IMG/VR virus record: IMGVR_UViG_3300031952_000004
Span: 1-64,000 of that record
Reading direction: 5' to 3' (one strand)
Source of the DNA: a virus
DNA: 64,000 nt
Shown: positions 32,116 through 41,486 of the stretch, in pieces
How the letters are laid out: every line of letters begins with the position of its first letter
How positions within the stretch are numbered: position 1 is the stretch's first letter
Position numbers and translations under genes: made by a program
The notes under the pieces: model-generated
What the model saw: the letters and a program-made list of their open reading frames with translations, nothing else
Told to the model about the DNA's origin: nothing
Databases searched by the model: none

Positions 32116-32484
32116 TTATTTATAGTATATCTCAATATAATACTTCCCGGTCTCATTGTATATCGTACAACCGCTAAAATCCCTCAATGCCTCTTTAATA
32201 GTAGTTTTTAAATCTTGCCTTAAAACTTCTTTATATATCCTATTAGGCAATACTTCTATTTGTTTATCAATACCATTATAAACATAACCGCATTTAAATC
32301 TAACATAAAATAAAGCCTCTTGCCTATACTTAGTTTTTAAATCCTCTAAAATCCAAGTATTGAAATTATAAGTATTGGCTATCCTTAAATAATCATAAAA
32401 GATTTTGCCTTCTGTATTACGCCAAAAACCTCTTATAGATGTTTTGGTTCTACCTTTAATCTCTGGTATAAATACTTTAATCAT
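32116..32484 (-). CDS. Hypothetical early protein
   Basis: ORF track. Confidence 0.6.
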   Translation of the reverse strand: MIKVFIPEIKGRTKTSIRGFWRNTEGKIFYDYLRIANTYNFNTWILEDLKTKYRQEALFYVRFKCGYVYNGIDKQIEVLPNRIYKEVLRQDLKTTIKEALRDFSGCTIYNETGKYYIEIYYK

Positions 32485-32671
32485 TTTAGCACCTATTCAT
32501 TTATTTTTAAGTAATTATTTAAATCTAATAACTTATAATCTAATCTATTTAACAAATAAGTCTTTAATGTTTTAATTGCTAAATGAATTTTAAAATCATT
32601 TGCTTTAATCTCATAATCTATTTTGTTTAGTCTGTTCATTTTAACCTCTCTTTTTGTTTACTTCTATCTAA

Positions 32672-32700
32672 AGTATAACATAATAAAGTCTATTTATCAA
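32672..32700 (-). promoter_or_regulatory. sigma70-type promoter at the head of the early arm
   Basis: TTGATA-17 bp-TATACT with TG extension. Confidence 0.75.
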
Positions 32701-33018
32701 GGTTTCAAGGTAAAATAATTATAACTTATTATAATACAATAAGTTAGGGTATAAAATAATTCTTATTTATCCTAAAATAAATTATTAACTATACTCTAAT
32801 AAAATCTATCTAATAATACAGGGAATAATAAAATGCAATAGCGCACACTCGCCGAAATAACTCATCTTTATTCAATTATAATTAACTATAATAAGTTAAA
32901 TCTAATAAATTATACCCAACCTATTGAAGTATAACAAGATAAGTTATAGGCAGGGTTCATTTTAGCGGATTACAACAGGACACCGAACGATACCCCCACT
33001 ATACCTTTCTTTCGATTT

Positions 33019-33583
33019 TCTACCTTTTTCAACCTCTTTAACTTCAACACATTAAAAATTAAATCCACTCTAAAAATCGTAAAAACACAAATTGGTCGAA
33101 ATATGCCCATAACGGACATTAATATATATAATATCGGAATAGGATTATTGTTATCTTTTTTAGTTATAATTAACTTATTTCTTTTATTTAGGATTAATTA
33201 GCGTTTTTTTTCGGTCTTTTTATAACTTCTACCCTCTTCTACCTTATTGATATTATTATAGTTATATTAATACTAAATTAGTATTTATCAGTATTTTATT
33301 AGTATTTCAAATCTACCTCTTCTACCTTATTGAAAACAAATAACTTACGATTTCTACCTAGTTTCTACCTTTTTAGAAGGTAGAAGATACTAGTTAATTT
33401 TAATACCTATATATATCTACCTATTTCTACTATTCGTTAAATAAACAAGATACGAAAAAATTACAGATAAATGTAATTTTTAAGTACTAAAGGAGGGAGA
33501 AGGAGAAAGTAGTCGTGCTGAAGTTGCCCCCTACCCCCGACTTATTATTAGCTAAGATACTATATTTCTACCCTAATCTACCT
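33019..33583. repeat. Cluster of TCTACC repeats in the divergent non-coding region (candidate origin or packaging region)
   Basis: TCTACC at 33019, 33228, 33238, 33312, 33321, 33353, 33364, 33416, 33567, 33577 and inverted at 33379; near-duplicate TCTACC(C)TCTTCTACCTTATTGA. Confidence 0.65.
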
Positions 33584-33887
33584 TATTGTAAATAAAGAAG
33601 TTAGAAAAAGAATACAATGGTCGAATATATATAACGAGAATACGGTAAGTTAACCTAGCTTTATTAGGTTAACGTATTAGGTCGATAAGACCTAATTAGT
33701 AGACCATAGGGTTCTTCTTTTACGAGTATTTACGTAGTAAATACGAGTAAAAGATAAATTATTACTTTTATCGTATTGTATTGATACTTTATATCATATA
33801 GATTAATATAATATATAAGTATACGTTGGTATAATATTTATACCTTAACTTATTGTAATTATTATAGTTATAAAAATAATAATATAT

Positions 33888-33932
33888 TTACTTAAATAAT
33901 CGGTATTTTCGAGTATACTTATAAGTAGAAGG
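33888..33932 (+). promoter_or_regulatory. Putative phage late promoter TTACTTAAAT-N15-GTATACTTATAAGTAGAAGG
   Basis: Same motif as 14111-14155; faces the structural operon. Confidence 0.7.
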
Positions 33933-34282
33933 TAAAAATGTTCTTTAAAATATATAGACCAATTGAATTGAGTAGAAAGCAGCATAATAACCGATAAAAC
34001 TCGGTAAAGATACTATTAATAACAAACGTCTATCTCGAATGATAGAAACGCAGTTAAAAGAAACTTATAAATAGGCTGCACAAACAAAACTTTAATTCAT
34101 GGTAAATTGTTGAAGAATATTATGATAACGATAATAGTTTGTATAGTTTGGTTATTTTTTATGTGGCTTTTTGGGCTAACTAAAAATATACCAAGAATTT
34201 GATTTATTCTCTTTCTGATTTCTTGAGTTGAGATTGGCTAATAGTAAGCAATCGAAAAACAAATTAAGGATTCAGATTCAGA

Positions 34283-34545
34283 AAGAGTTATTATTGCTTG
34301 GAGGGCGTTAAGCTCTGCTTGATAGCTCTCCTTTGCTAGCTTCATACTGTCGATTGACAGATAAATGGGTAGCTACTGATTATCGGGGGCTACCCGACTA
34401 AAAATTAATTAAGGCTAAAGATAAAGTTATGGACTGGGAAATCCTGGTCGATTTTGTCTTTAGCCTTTTTTATTTGTATCGGGTTAAGGGATTTTTACCT
34501 CTTCCATAAATTGTAAGTTTAAAATGGGAACTTATTAACCCGATT
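34283..34545 (+). ncRNA. Structured leader or possible ncRNA (series of hairpins)
   Basis: AGAGTTATT/GATAGCTCT, GGGTAGCT/GGCTACCC, AAGGCTAAAGATAAA/TTTGTCTTTAGCCTT and ATCGGGTTAA/TTAACCCGAT stems. Confidence 0.4.
34411..34475 (+). terminator. Intrinsic terminator-like hairpin
   Basis: 15-bp stem followed by TTTTATTT. Confidence 0.6.
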
Positions 34546-34609
34546 ATCACGATGGTGAGAAATACTTCATAGAAAGTTAAAAAGTAATGCTCACCCCATA
34601 GGAGAATAA

Positions 34610-35002
34610 ATGATATTAGATTTATATATAACTTATAAAAAAATAGAAGAAATAGATATAATTCAAGACCTCATAATTAAAAAAAGAGATTCTGTAACTT
34701 ATGACTGTTTTTTCTATGACGAAAATAATACTTTAGTTGACATTACAGGAGCCACATTATTTTTTACAATAAAAGAAAAATCATCTGATACAGATGAAAC
34801 TGCAATTCTTAAAAAAACAATTACTTCTTTAACAAATTCTACAGATGGTGAAGCAAAAATCGAATTAAACCCAACTGATACTAATTTAACAGTTGGAAAT
34901 TATATTTATGATATTCAGATTAAACTTTCTACTGGAGAAATATATACTTGTTTAGAAGGAAATATTTGTGTTAAACAAGATATAACAATCAGAACAAGTT
35001 AA
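34610..35002 (+). CDS. BppU N-terminal/Ig-like virion protein
   Basis: VDITGAT..FTIK...GEAKIEL..TDT..L..G.Y.YDIQI; paralog of 57399-57728. Confidence 0.6.
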   Translation: MILDLYITYKKIEEIDIIQDLIIKKRDSVTYDCFFYDENNTLVDITGATLFFTIKEKSSDTDETAILKKTITSLTNSTDGEAKIELNPTDTNLTVGNYIYDIQIKLSTGEIYTCLEGNICVKQDITIRTS

Positions 35003-35003
35003 A

Positions 35004-35747
35004 ATGACTAGAGAATATTATTTAAAACATGGAAAAGAAATTTTAAAATATCATAAAAAATATTTTATAAAAAATAAATGTTTGGATTGTGGAAAAAAAG
35101 TTAGTACAGAACATACTAAAAGATGTAGAAAATGTTATATAATTTTTTCTAAAGGAAAAAATGCGACCAATTATAAAAATGGTCGTTCTTTGATAGAAAA
35201 ATTTTGTATTGATTGTGGTAAAAAAATAGATTGGAAGTCTAAAAATAATTATTGTAAAAATCATGTTGGTAAATATGTATTGCCAAAAGCAGAAAACAGT
35301 TATAATTATATAGATGGAAGATGTTCTAAAAAATATTATTGTATAATTTGTGGAAAAGAAATAAGCCTTTCTTCTGGTTTTTATGGTAATAAAAAATGTA
35401 GTTCATGTCATGCTAAAACAAAGACTCCTACTTTTGGAAAATTGCCTTCTCATGGAAAAAGAATTCATTATAAAAATAATTGCTTTCGTTCTACTTGGGA
35501 ATCAAATTTTGCTAAATGGTTAGATAAAAATAATATAAAATGGTTATATGAATCAAAAACATTTAAATTAGATAATGGAACTTATACACCAGATTTTTAT
35601 TTACCAGAATTTAATTTATGGATAGAAGTAAAAGGCTATTGGCGTGATAATGCTAAAGTTAAATTTGAATTATTTAAACAAAAATACTGCGGCGAAAGAA
35701 TAAAAATTTTAGGAAGACAAGAATTAAAAATATTAAAAATAATTTAA
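35004..35747 (+). CDS. Zinc-finger plus PD-(D/E)XK homing-type endonuclease
   Basis: FRSTWE...YE...YTPDFYL...IEVKGY. Confidence 0.8.
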   Translation: MTREYYLKHGKEILKYHKKYFIKNKCLDCGKKVSTEHTKRCRKCYIIFSKGKNATNYKNGRSLIEKFCIDCGKKIDWKSKNNYCKNHVGKYVLPKAENSYNYIDGRCSKKYYCIICGKEISLSSGFYGNKKCSSCHAKTKTPTFGKLPSHGKRIHYKNNCFRSTWESNFAKWLDKNNIKWLYESKTFKLDNGTYTPDFYLPEFNLWIEVKGYWRDNAKVKFELFKQKYCGERIKILGRQELKILKII

Positions 35748-35762
35748 GGAGGAAATTAAAAC

Positions 35763-36008
35763 ATGATTGATAAATCATTAAGTTTTGGAATTCAAAATTA
35801 TTTTTTTGTTACTCAAGACGAAACAGACCCAGTTTATGTTTATGTTGGTTATCAAAATAAAAAAGGTTCTACATTACTTGGTCGTTACAAAAAAGACGAT
35901 ACTGAAGGTTTATACTATATCGCTGTCGGAGCATTTGCTGGAATTTGGGCAGGTAGAGTAGGATATAGTTACGCTTTACCAAGTTTGCTTGTTGAACCAG
36001 CGATTTAA
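35763..36008 (+). CDS. Small virion-associated hypothetical protein
   Basis: AGGAGG SD; ORF track. Confidence 0.6.
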   Translation: MIDKSLSFGIQNYFFVTQDETDPVYVYVGYQNKKGSTLLGRYKKDDTEGLYYIAVGAFAGIWAGRVGYSYALPSLLVEPAI

Positions 36009-36297
36009 TATGAAACATTATTGCATCGATTGTAAAAAAGAATCAATCCGTAAAAGAGATAACTATATCTGTCAAAATTGTTCGATGATTGAAGAAGAAC
36101 ATTTGATAGTAATAGGTACTAATTTACATATTCATCATATTGATTATAATCATATAAATTACAATGAAGAAAATTTAATTACTTTATGTAATTCATGTAA
36201 TGTAAGAGCAAATTTTAACAGAGATTATTGGAAAAATATTTTTCAAAATAAAATTGCCCAACTAAATAAGGAGGCAACCAAAAATGAGTCAATATAA
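35989..36297 (+). CDS. Internally deleted HNH endonuclease (nuclease core only)
   Basis: HYCIDCKK joined to ESIRKRDNYICQNC...HIHHIDY...NLITLC. Confidence 0.65.
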   Translation: MLNQRFNMKHYCIDCKKESIRKRDNYICQNCSMIEEEHLIVIGTNLHIHHIDYNHINYNEENLITLCNSCNVRANFNRDYWKNIFQNKIAQLNKEATKNESI

Positions 36298-37510
36298 ATA
36301 CAAATTTAATTGTCGTAGTGGAGTTTTTGATTTAGTACCATCTACGATTATTGTATTCAAGGCATCAGTAGCAAATTATGCTGCACTTCCTGCTGTGGGT
36401 AATACCATCGGAGATGCAAGAATTACTGAAGACACAGACCATTGGTATTCATGGGATGGTTCTGTTTGGAATGACCAGGGGGTTTTTATAGCATCAAATT
36501 GGGAAAATATAAATGGTCGTCCATCTTCTCCAGTTGCGGATATTGATGATGCTGTTACAAAAAGACATACACAAAATACAGATACTTATTTAGATAATAT
36601 AGTTAAAAATGTTTTATATGTTGATGGGAATAGAACAGATGTTTATACTGCGAATGGTTCGATAACAAAACCATTTAAGAAAATACAAGATGCTATAGAT
36701 GCTGTAACTGCTCCTTCTGCAATTAATAAATATCTTATTGAAATTGCACCAGGTGCTTATTATTCTGATGCATTAGCAATAAATAAAGTTTATATTACTT
36801 TTAGAAGTTGTGGAATTCAAGGAGCAAGAATTTCTGGTGCTATAACAGTAACAAATCCTTCTGACCCTACTCCAGAACAAATTACATTTGTTGGTCTTAG
36901 AATAAGTGGCGGACTTACTTGTTTAGCATCTCATATTTGTATAAATGCAGTAGATTGTAATATAACTGGTTCTGATTGGGTAATGAATCCAACAGTTCCT
37001 ACTGACGACGAATACTTACAGGTATTTGGTGGTCTTTATAATGTAACTACTACCCTTACAAATGTATATACTTATTTAATGGGGGGCGGTTATTATTGTA
37101 CTTTTGTTGCTACAAATAAAGAATTTAATATAAATAATGCAGATATAAATGACCCATTCCAAGTTACTTTGAATGGAACAGTTATAGCTTCTGCTTATGG
37201 TGATAGAACAGGTAATTCAAAATTTATTGTAAATGCTGGGGCAACTTTAAATATCGATGCAGACACCGAAGGTGGTTCAGTTTTAACTTTAGACCCAGCA
37301 GCAATATTAAATAGAACTACAATAGCAGCAAATATAAAAAATATTCCAGCAGGTACAATTTCTTCAACTAACGTTCAAGATGCTATTAACGAATTAGATG
37401 GCGAAGTATTAAATGCAATTAAATCTACTGCTGGTGGAGATTGGAAAAAAGTTACAGCAATAGAATACAATCCAGCAACTGGAAATTTAAGAGTTAGTTA
37501 CGAAGAATAA
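36284..37510 (+). CDS. Virion fibre/spike protein with beta-helix-like region
   Basis: LYVDG..GSITKPFKKIQDAIDA..IEIAPGAY pectin-lyase-like entry motif. Confidence 0.65.
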   Translation: MSQYKYKFNCRSGVFDLVPSTIIVFKASVANYAALPAVGNTIGDARITEDTDHWYSWDGSVWNDQGVFIASNWENINGRPSSPVADIDDAVTKRHTQNTDTYLDNIVKNVLYVDGNRTDVYTANGSITKPFKKIQDAIDAVTAPSAINKYLIEIAPGAYYSDALAINKVYITFRSCGIQGARISGAITVTNPSDPTPEQITFVGLRISGGLTCLASHICINAVDCNITGSDWVMNPTVPTDDEYLQVFGGLYNVTTTLTNVYTYLMGGGYYCTFVATNKEFNINNADINDPFQVTLNGTVIASAYGDRTGNSKFIVNAGATLNIDADTEGGSVLTLDPAAILNRTTIAANIKNIPAGTISSTNVQDAINELDGEVLNAIKSTAGGDWKKVTAIEYNPATGNLRVSYEE

Positions 37511-37552
37511 GATAAAAGATAATATACTATTTTTTAAAGAGATGAAATAAAA

Positions 37553-38941
37553 ATGGCAATCAAACAAGAAATTCTTACTAAACAATATATTATTGTAGAT
37601 GGAGTTGCCTACGCTAGAACTTCTACAGGAATTAACGCTGCAATAGACGCTTTAGGAAGTTCAGGCGGAGAAGTTTTTTTAACAAAAGGAGATTATGATA
37701 TTACTTCTTCTATATTAATCGATTATAATAATACTACTATAGAAGGAGTTGGTGATGGAACTAGATTATTAGCTACAAATAGAGCAACTTTTGATGATGC
37801 TACAGGTACTCTTTCCGAAGGAGATACAATAACAGGAGGAGTTAATTCATATACTGCTATAGTCGCTAAAATAACTTATAATACAGCGACAACAGGAATT
37901 ATTTGGTATAGAAGTTTATCAAATATATTAGATTTTGAAGACAATGAAGTTCTTAGTAGTGGAGCTAATAATATTACTTTAAATATAACTCCAACTCAAC
38001 CAAATTTTCTTTGTTTAGATTTTAATGGTAAAAATAATTGTAAAATTTCAAATTTAAGAATTATAGGTGGTAGATTTAATACAGCATCAGTAGGTGCTAT
38101 TGGCGGAGGTTTTTGCGAATACGATGTAATAGATAATATTACAATAGAATATTTATATAACGAGAATACAGCAGCTGCTGTATTAAGTGCTGCTTGGGCT
38201 AATTATTATACTATACAAAATTGTAGAATTAAAAATTGCGAAAGTGTTGCAATAGCAGGTGGGGCAGGTGTAGAGAATAGACTTATAATTATTAATAATA
38301 TTATTACAGGGGGATGTAATTACTATGCTATAGGTGGCTATTTGGAACATTCTATTGTGAAAGGTAATACTATTAGAAATACTACAGGAGTAGGCATTCA
38401 AATAACTTCTCATGAACATAATACAATATCTAATAATAGTATAGAAACTTGCGGAAATATAGGAATTTCTATATGGTCTAATTACAATACAATCGTAGGT
38501 AATACTATTAGCGATACAGCTTCAGGATATGCTGATATAAAAATAATTAATGATTATAACATAATTATAGGCAATAATTGTTATGGAGATGGTACATCGG
38601 ATATAGGTATATGGCTTGACGAAGCTGATTATTGTATTGTAGAAGGTAACTATACTGAAAATCATGATATAGCAGGTATACAAATAGATTCAGATTGCGA
38701 TAATAATTCTATAGCAGGTAATATTTGTAAAGATTCTATTCCATATATAAATAATGGAACGAATGGAAAATTTTTTATTCAAGATTCTCTATCTGATGGT
38801 ACTAATAATGTAAAAATTTCAGAAATGAAATCTATAATCGACGGAGGAATTACTTCTACTGCAGGTGGAGATGAGAAAAAAATAACATCTATGACTTATA
38901 ATCCAACTACAGGAAAAATTTCGGTTAATTATCAAGAATAA
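37553..38941 (+). CDS. Right-handed beta-helix (tailspike-like) protein
   Basis: INAAIDAL..GGEVFL..GDY..EGVG; repeated NTI.GNTI/GI.I motifs. Confidence 0.8.
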   Translation: MAIKQEILTKQYIIVDGVAYARTSTGINAAIDALGSSGGEVFLTKGDYDITSSILIDYNNTTIEGVGDGTRLLATNRATFDDATGTLSEGDTITGGVNSYTAIVAKITYNTATTGIIWYRSLSNILDFEDNEVLSSGANNITLNITPTQPNFLCLDFNGKNNCKISNLRIIGGRFNTASVGAIGGGFCEYDVIDNITIEYLYNENTAAAVLSAAWANYYTIQNCRIKNCESVAIAGGAGVENRLIIINNIITGGCNYYAIGGYLEHSIVKGNTIRNTTGVGIQITSHEHNTISNNSIETCGNIGISIWSNYNTIVGNTISDTASGYADIKIINDYNIIIGNNCYGDGTSDIGIWLDEADYCIVEGNYTENHDIAGIQIDSDCDNNSIAGNICKDSIPYINNGTNGKFFIQDSLSDGTNNVKISEMKSIIDGGITSTAGGDEKKITSMTYNPTTGKISVNYQE

Positions 38942-39001
38942 TTTTTAAAGATAAAAAGATAAAAGATATTATATAATATCTAAAAATGGAGGAAAATAAA
39001 T

Positions 39002-39574
39002 ATGGCTATTCTAACAATTACATTCAATCCTCTCGATGGTTCTACTGCTATTGTAAATGCTAGTACTGCGGATTCTAAAGCTGTCGTAGCTTTAGCTGAT
39101 GCTTCTACTGGTATTGTGAACGCAAGTACTGCTGATTCTAAAGCGGTTGTAGGTCTTGCCGACGCAAGTACTGCAGAAGTTGATGCTCAAACAGGTATCA
39201 CTAATGCTTCTACTGCAGATAGCAAGGCTGTTGTAGCTTTAGCGGATGCTAGCACTGGTATCGTTAATGCAAGTACAGCAGATTCTAAAGCGGTTGTCGC
39301 TTTAGCTGACGCTTCTACTGCTGAAGTCGATGCACAGACTGGTATTACTAACGCTTCTACAGCAGACTCTAAAGCAGTCGTTGCTTTAGCGGATGCATCT
39401 ACAGCTGTTGTAAATGCTAGTACTGCAGATAGTAAAGCAACAATAGCAAAAGCTGAAGCTGATTCTGCTATCGGTTCTGAACCTTCTGCTGGTCAATATA
39501 TTGTGACCGATATAAAAAGAGACGCAACTGGTTCGATAGTGGTTGATTACAACGATAGTGCCATAGGTTCTTGA
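39002..39574 (+). CDS. Ala/Ser/Thr heptad-repeat fibre protein
   Basis: About 20 heptads (GIVNAST/ADSKAVV/ALADAST/AEVDAQT); GGAGG SD. Confidence 0.8.
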   Translation: MAILTITFNPLDGSTAIVNASTADSKAVVALADASTGIVNASTADSKAVVGLADASTAEVDAQTGITNASTADSKAVVALADASTGIVNASTADSKAVVALADASTAEVDAQTGITNASTADSKAVVALADASTAVVNASTADSKATIAKAEADSAIGSEPSAGQYIVTDIKRDATGSIVVDYNDSAIGS

Positions 39575-39596
39575 TAGACAAGGACTTATGTAAATA

Positions 39597-39622
39597 GAGG
39601 GGAGATTAATTTCTCCCCTCCC
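39597..39622 (+). terminator. GC-rich hairpin after the repeat fibre gene
   Basis: GAGGGGAGA-TTAATT-TCTCCCCTC; similar hairpins follow the capsid and tail-tube genes. Confidence 0.5.
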
Positions 39623-39631
39623 AAAGAAAAA

Positions 39632-40252
39632 ATGATTAAAACAGAATTTAAAGAATATCAGAAAAAATGGGAAGAAGCAAATCAAGAACATCGTAAAGAA
39701 TATTTAAAAAATTATTGTAAAATTAATAAAGAGAAAATTAATGCTCGTAGCAAAAAACATTATCAGGAGCATAAAGAAGAATATCAAGAGAACCATAAAG
39801 AATATTACGAAACACATAAAGAAGAACATTCTAAAAAAGCAAAAGAATATTATTTAAAGAATAAAAATAAAATTAAAGTGCAACATAGAGATTATTATCA
39901 AAATAATAAAGATAAAATTGTTAAACAACGTAATCAAAGACTTAAAGTAGATTTTAAATTTAGAATTAGAAAAAATTTAAATAGAAGATTGCATCATGCT
40001 TTAAAAGGCGAAATTAAATCAATTTCAGTAACAAAGTTAATTGGTTGTTCTTTGAAATTTTTAAAGAATCATTTAGAATTTCAATTCAAATCTGGTATGT
40101 CTTGGTCTAATTACGGTAAATGGCATGTAGACCATATCAGACCTTGTGCTAAATTTGATTTATCCAAGTCCGAAGAACAATGTAAATGTTTTCATTATAC
40201 TAATCTTCAACCTTTGTGGGCTAGAGATAATTTAAGTAAGAATAAATATTAA
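39632..40252 (+). CDS. HNH endonuclease (WHVDHIRPC family, copy 1)
   Basis: KWHVDHIRPC..FDL...CFHYTNLQPLWARDNLSK. Confidence 0.85.
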   Translation: MIKTEFKEYQKKWEEANQEHRKEYLKNYCKINKEKINARSKKHYQEHKEEYQENHKEYYETHKEEHSKKAKEYYLKNKNKIKVQHRDYYQNNKDKIVKQRNQRLKVDFKFRIRKNLNRRLHHALKGEIKSISVTKLIGCSLKFLKNHLEFQFKSGMSWSNYGKWHVDHIRPCAKFDLSKSEEQCKCFHYTNLQPLWARDNLSKNKY

Positions 40253-40262
40253 AAGAATAAAT

Positions 40263-40832
40263 ATGACCGATTTAAAAAATATAACAATGGTATGTGCACA
40301 TCCTGATGATGAAGTTATTTTTGGTTGGTTGGTATTAAAACAAGCATCTAAAATCATAACAGTTGTTGGTAGTTCTAAATATGATACCTATCATCCGAAA
40401 TGGAGAGATATGGTTTTAGAAGAAATGGGAAAATTTTTAGGCATCGAAGTTATTAATTTACATTATGAAGATTGTATTTGTAGACTTCCAGAGAATGAAA
40501 TAGAAATATTGTTTGAAAAATTAAAAGAAGTAACTAAAGATTCTGAAATTATTTTCACACATAATGAACATGGCGATTATGGGCATCCAGACCATAAACT
40601 TTTATTTCAATTAGTAATGAGATTAAATAAAAGAGTAATGGTAAGTAATATTACTAATTTTACAAAAGATGCAATTAATCATGCATCCGTAAAAGTTACA
40701 GGTAAAGAAATTAAAAAATGTATAAATGATTTAGATTTCTACGAAAAATGTCATAAAATTTACGATAAAAATGCTAGTTGGACTTGGGGGAATCCTCCAA
40801 TAAAAAAAGCAATATTAGTAGAAAAAATCTGA
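40263..40832 (+). CDS. PIG-L/LmbE family N-acetylglucosamine deacetylase
   Basis: AHPDDE and GHPDH metal motifs. Confidence 0.85.
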   Translation: MTDLKNITMVCAHPDDEVIFGWLVLKQASKIITVVGSSKYDTYHPKWRDMVLEEMGKFLGIEVINLHYEDCICRLPENEIEILFEKLKEVTKDSEIIFTHNEHGDYGHPDHKLLFQLVMRLNKRVMVSNITNFTKDAINHASVKVTGKEIKKCINDLDFYEKCHKIYDKNASWTWGNPPIKKAILVEKI

Positions 40833-40847
40833 AAGTAGGGAGAAAAA

Positions 40848-41486
40848 GTGCCTTTAAAAGATTTACAAGCAAGAAAAGAATATAACAGAATGTATCGTAA
40901 GACCCATAGAGAACTACGTAAAAAATGGGCAGAGTCTTATCGTGAAAGGCATAAAGAATACGATAAAAAATATCGTAAAAATAATGTAGAACGAAAACAT
41001 AAATATGATAAGGATTATTATAAAAATAATAAAAAAAGAATTTTAAAAAGAAATAAAATTTATTTTATAAATAACAAAGAAAAAATTAATCAAAATAATC
41101 GAAATTGGTATCAGCTAAATAAAGAAAAAGTAAAGAAATATGTTAGAAAATATAATTATAATAAATATATTATCGATATTAATTATCGAATAAGATGTAA
41201 TTTAAGACATAGGATTTGGGGTGCTTTAAAATATAATTATAAATCTATTTCTACAATGATTTTAATCGGATGTTCTTTGAAAAAATTAAAACAGCATTTA
41301 AAATCTCAATTTTTAGAAGGCATGTCTTGGAACAACTACGGTAAATGGCATATAGACCATATCAGACCTTGTGCTTCGTTTGATTTAAGTAAACCTAAAG
41401 AACAAAAGAAATGTTTTAATTATACAAACTTACAACCTTTATGGGCGAAAGATAATTTAAGAAAGAAGGATAAATATGATAGGTAA
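40848..41486 (+). CDS. HNH endonuclease (copy 2)
   Basis: KWHIDHIRPC...NLQPLWAKDN. Confidence 0.85.
   Translation: MPLKDLQARKEYNRMYRKTHRELRKKWAESYRERHKEYDKKYRKNNVERKHKYDKDYYKNNKKRILKRNKIYFINNKEKINQNNRNWYQLNKEKVKKYVRKYNYNKYIIDINYRIRCNLRHRIWGALKYNYKSISTMILIGCSLKKLKQHLKSQFLEGMSWNNYGKWHIDHIRPCASFDLSKPKEQKKCFNYTNLQPLWAKDNLRKKDKYDR

Noticed and set aside
34015-34085. c-di-GMP riboswitch or tRNA in the late leader
   Set aside because: Only partial resemblance (ACAAA, ACGCA); no GNRA/receptor pairing or cloverleaf with T-loop
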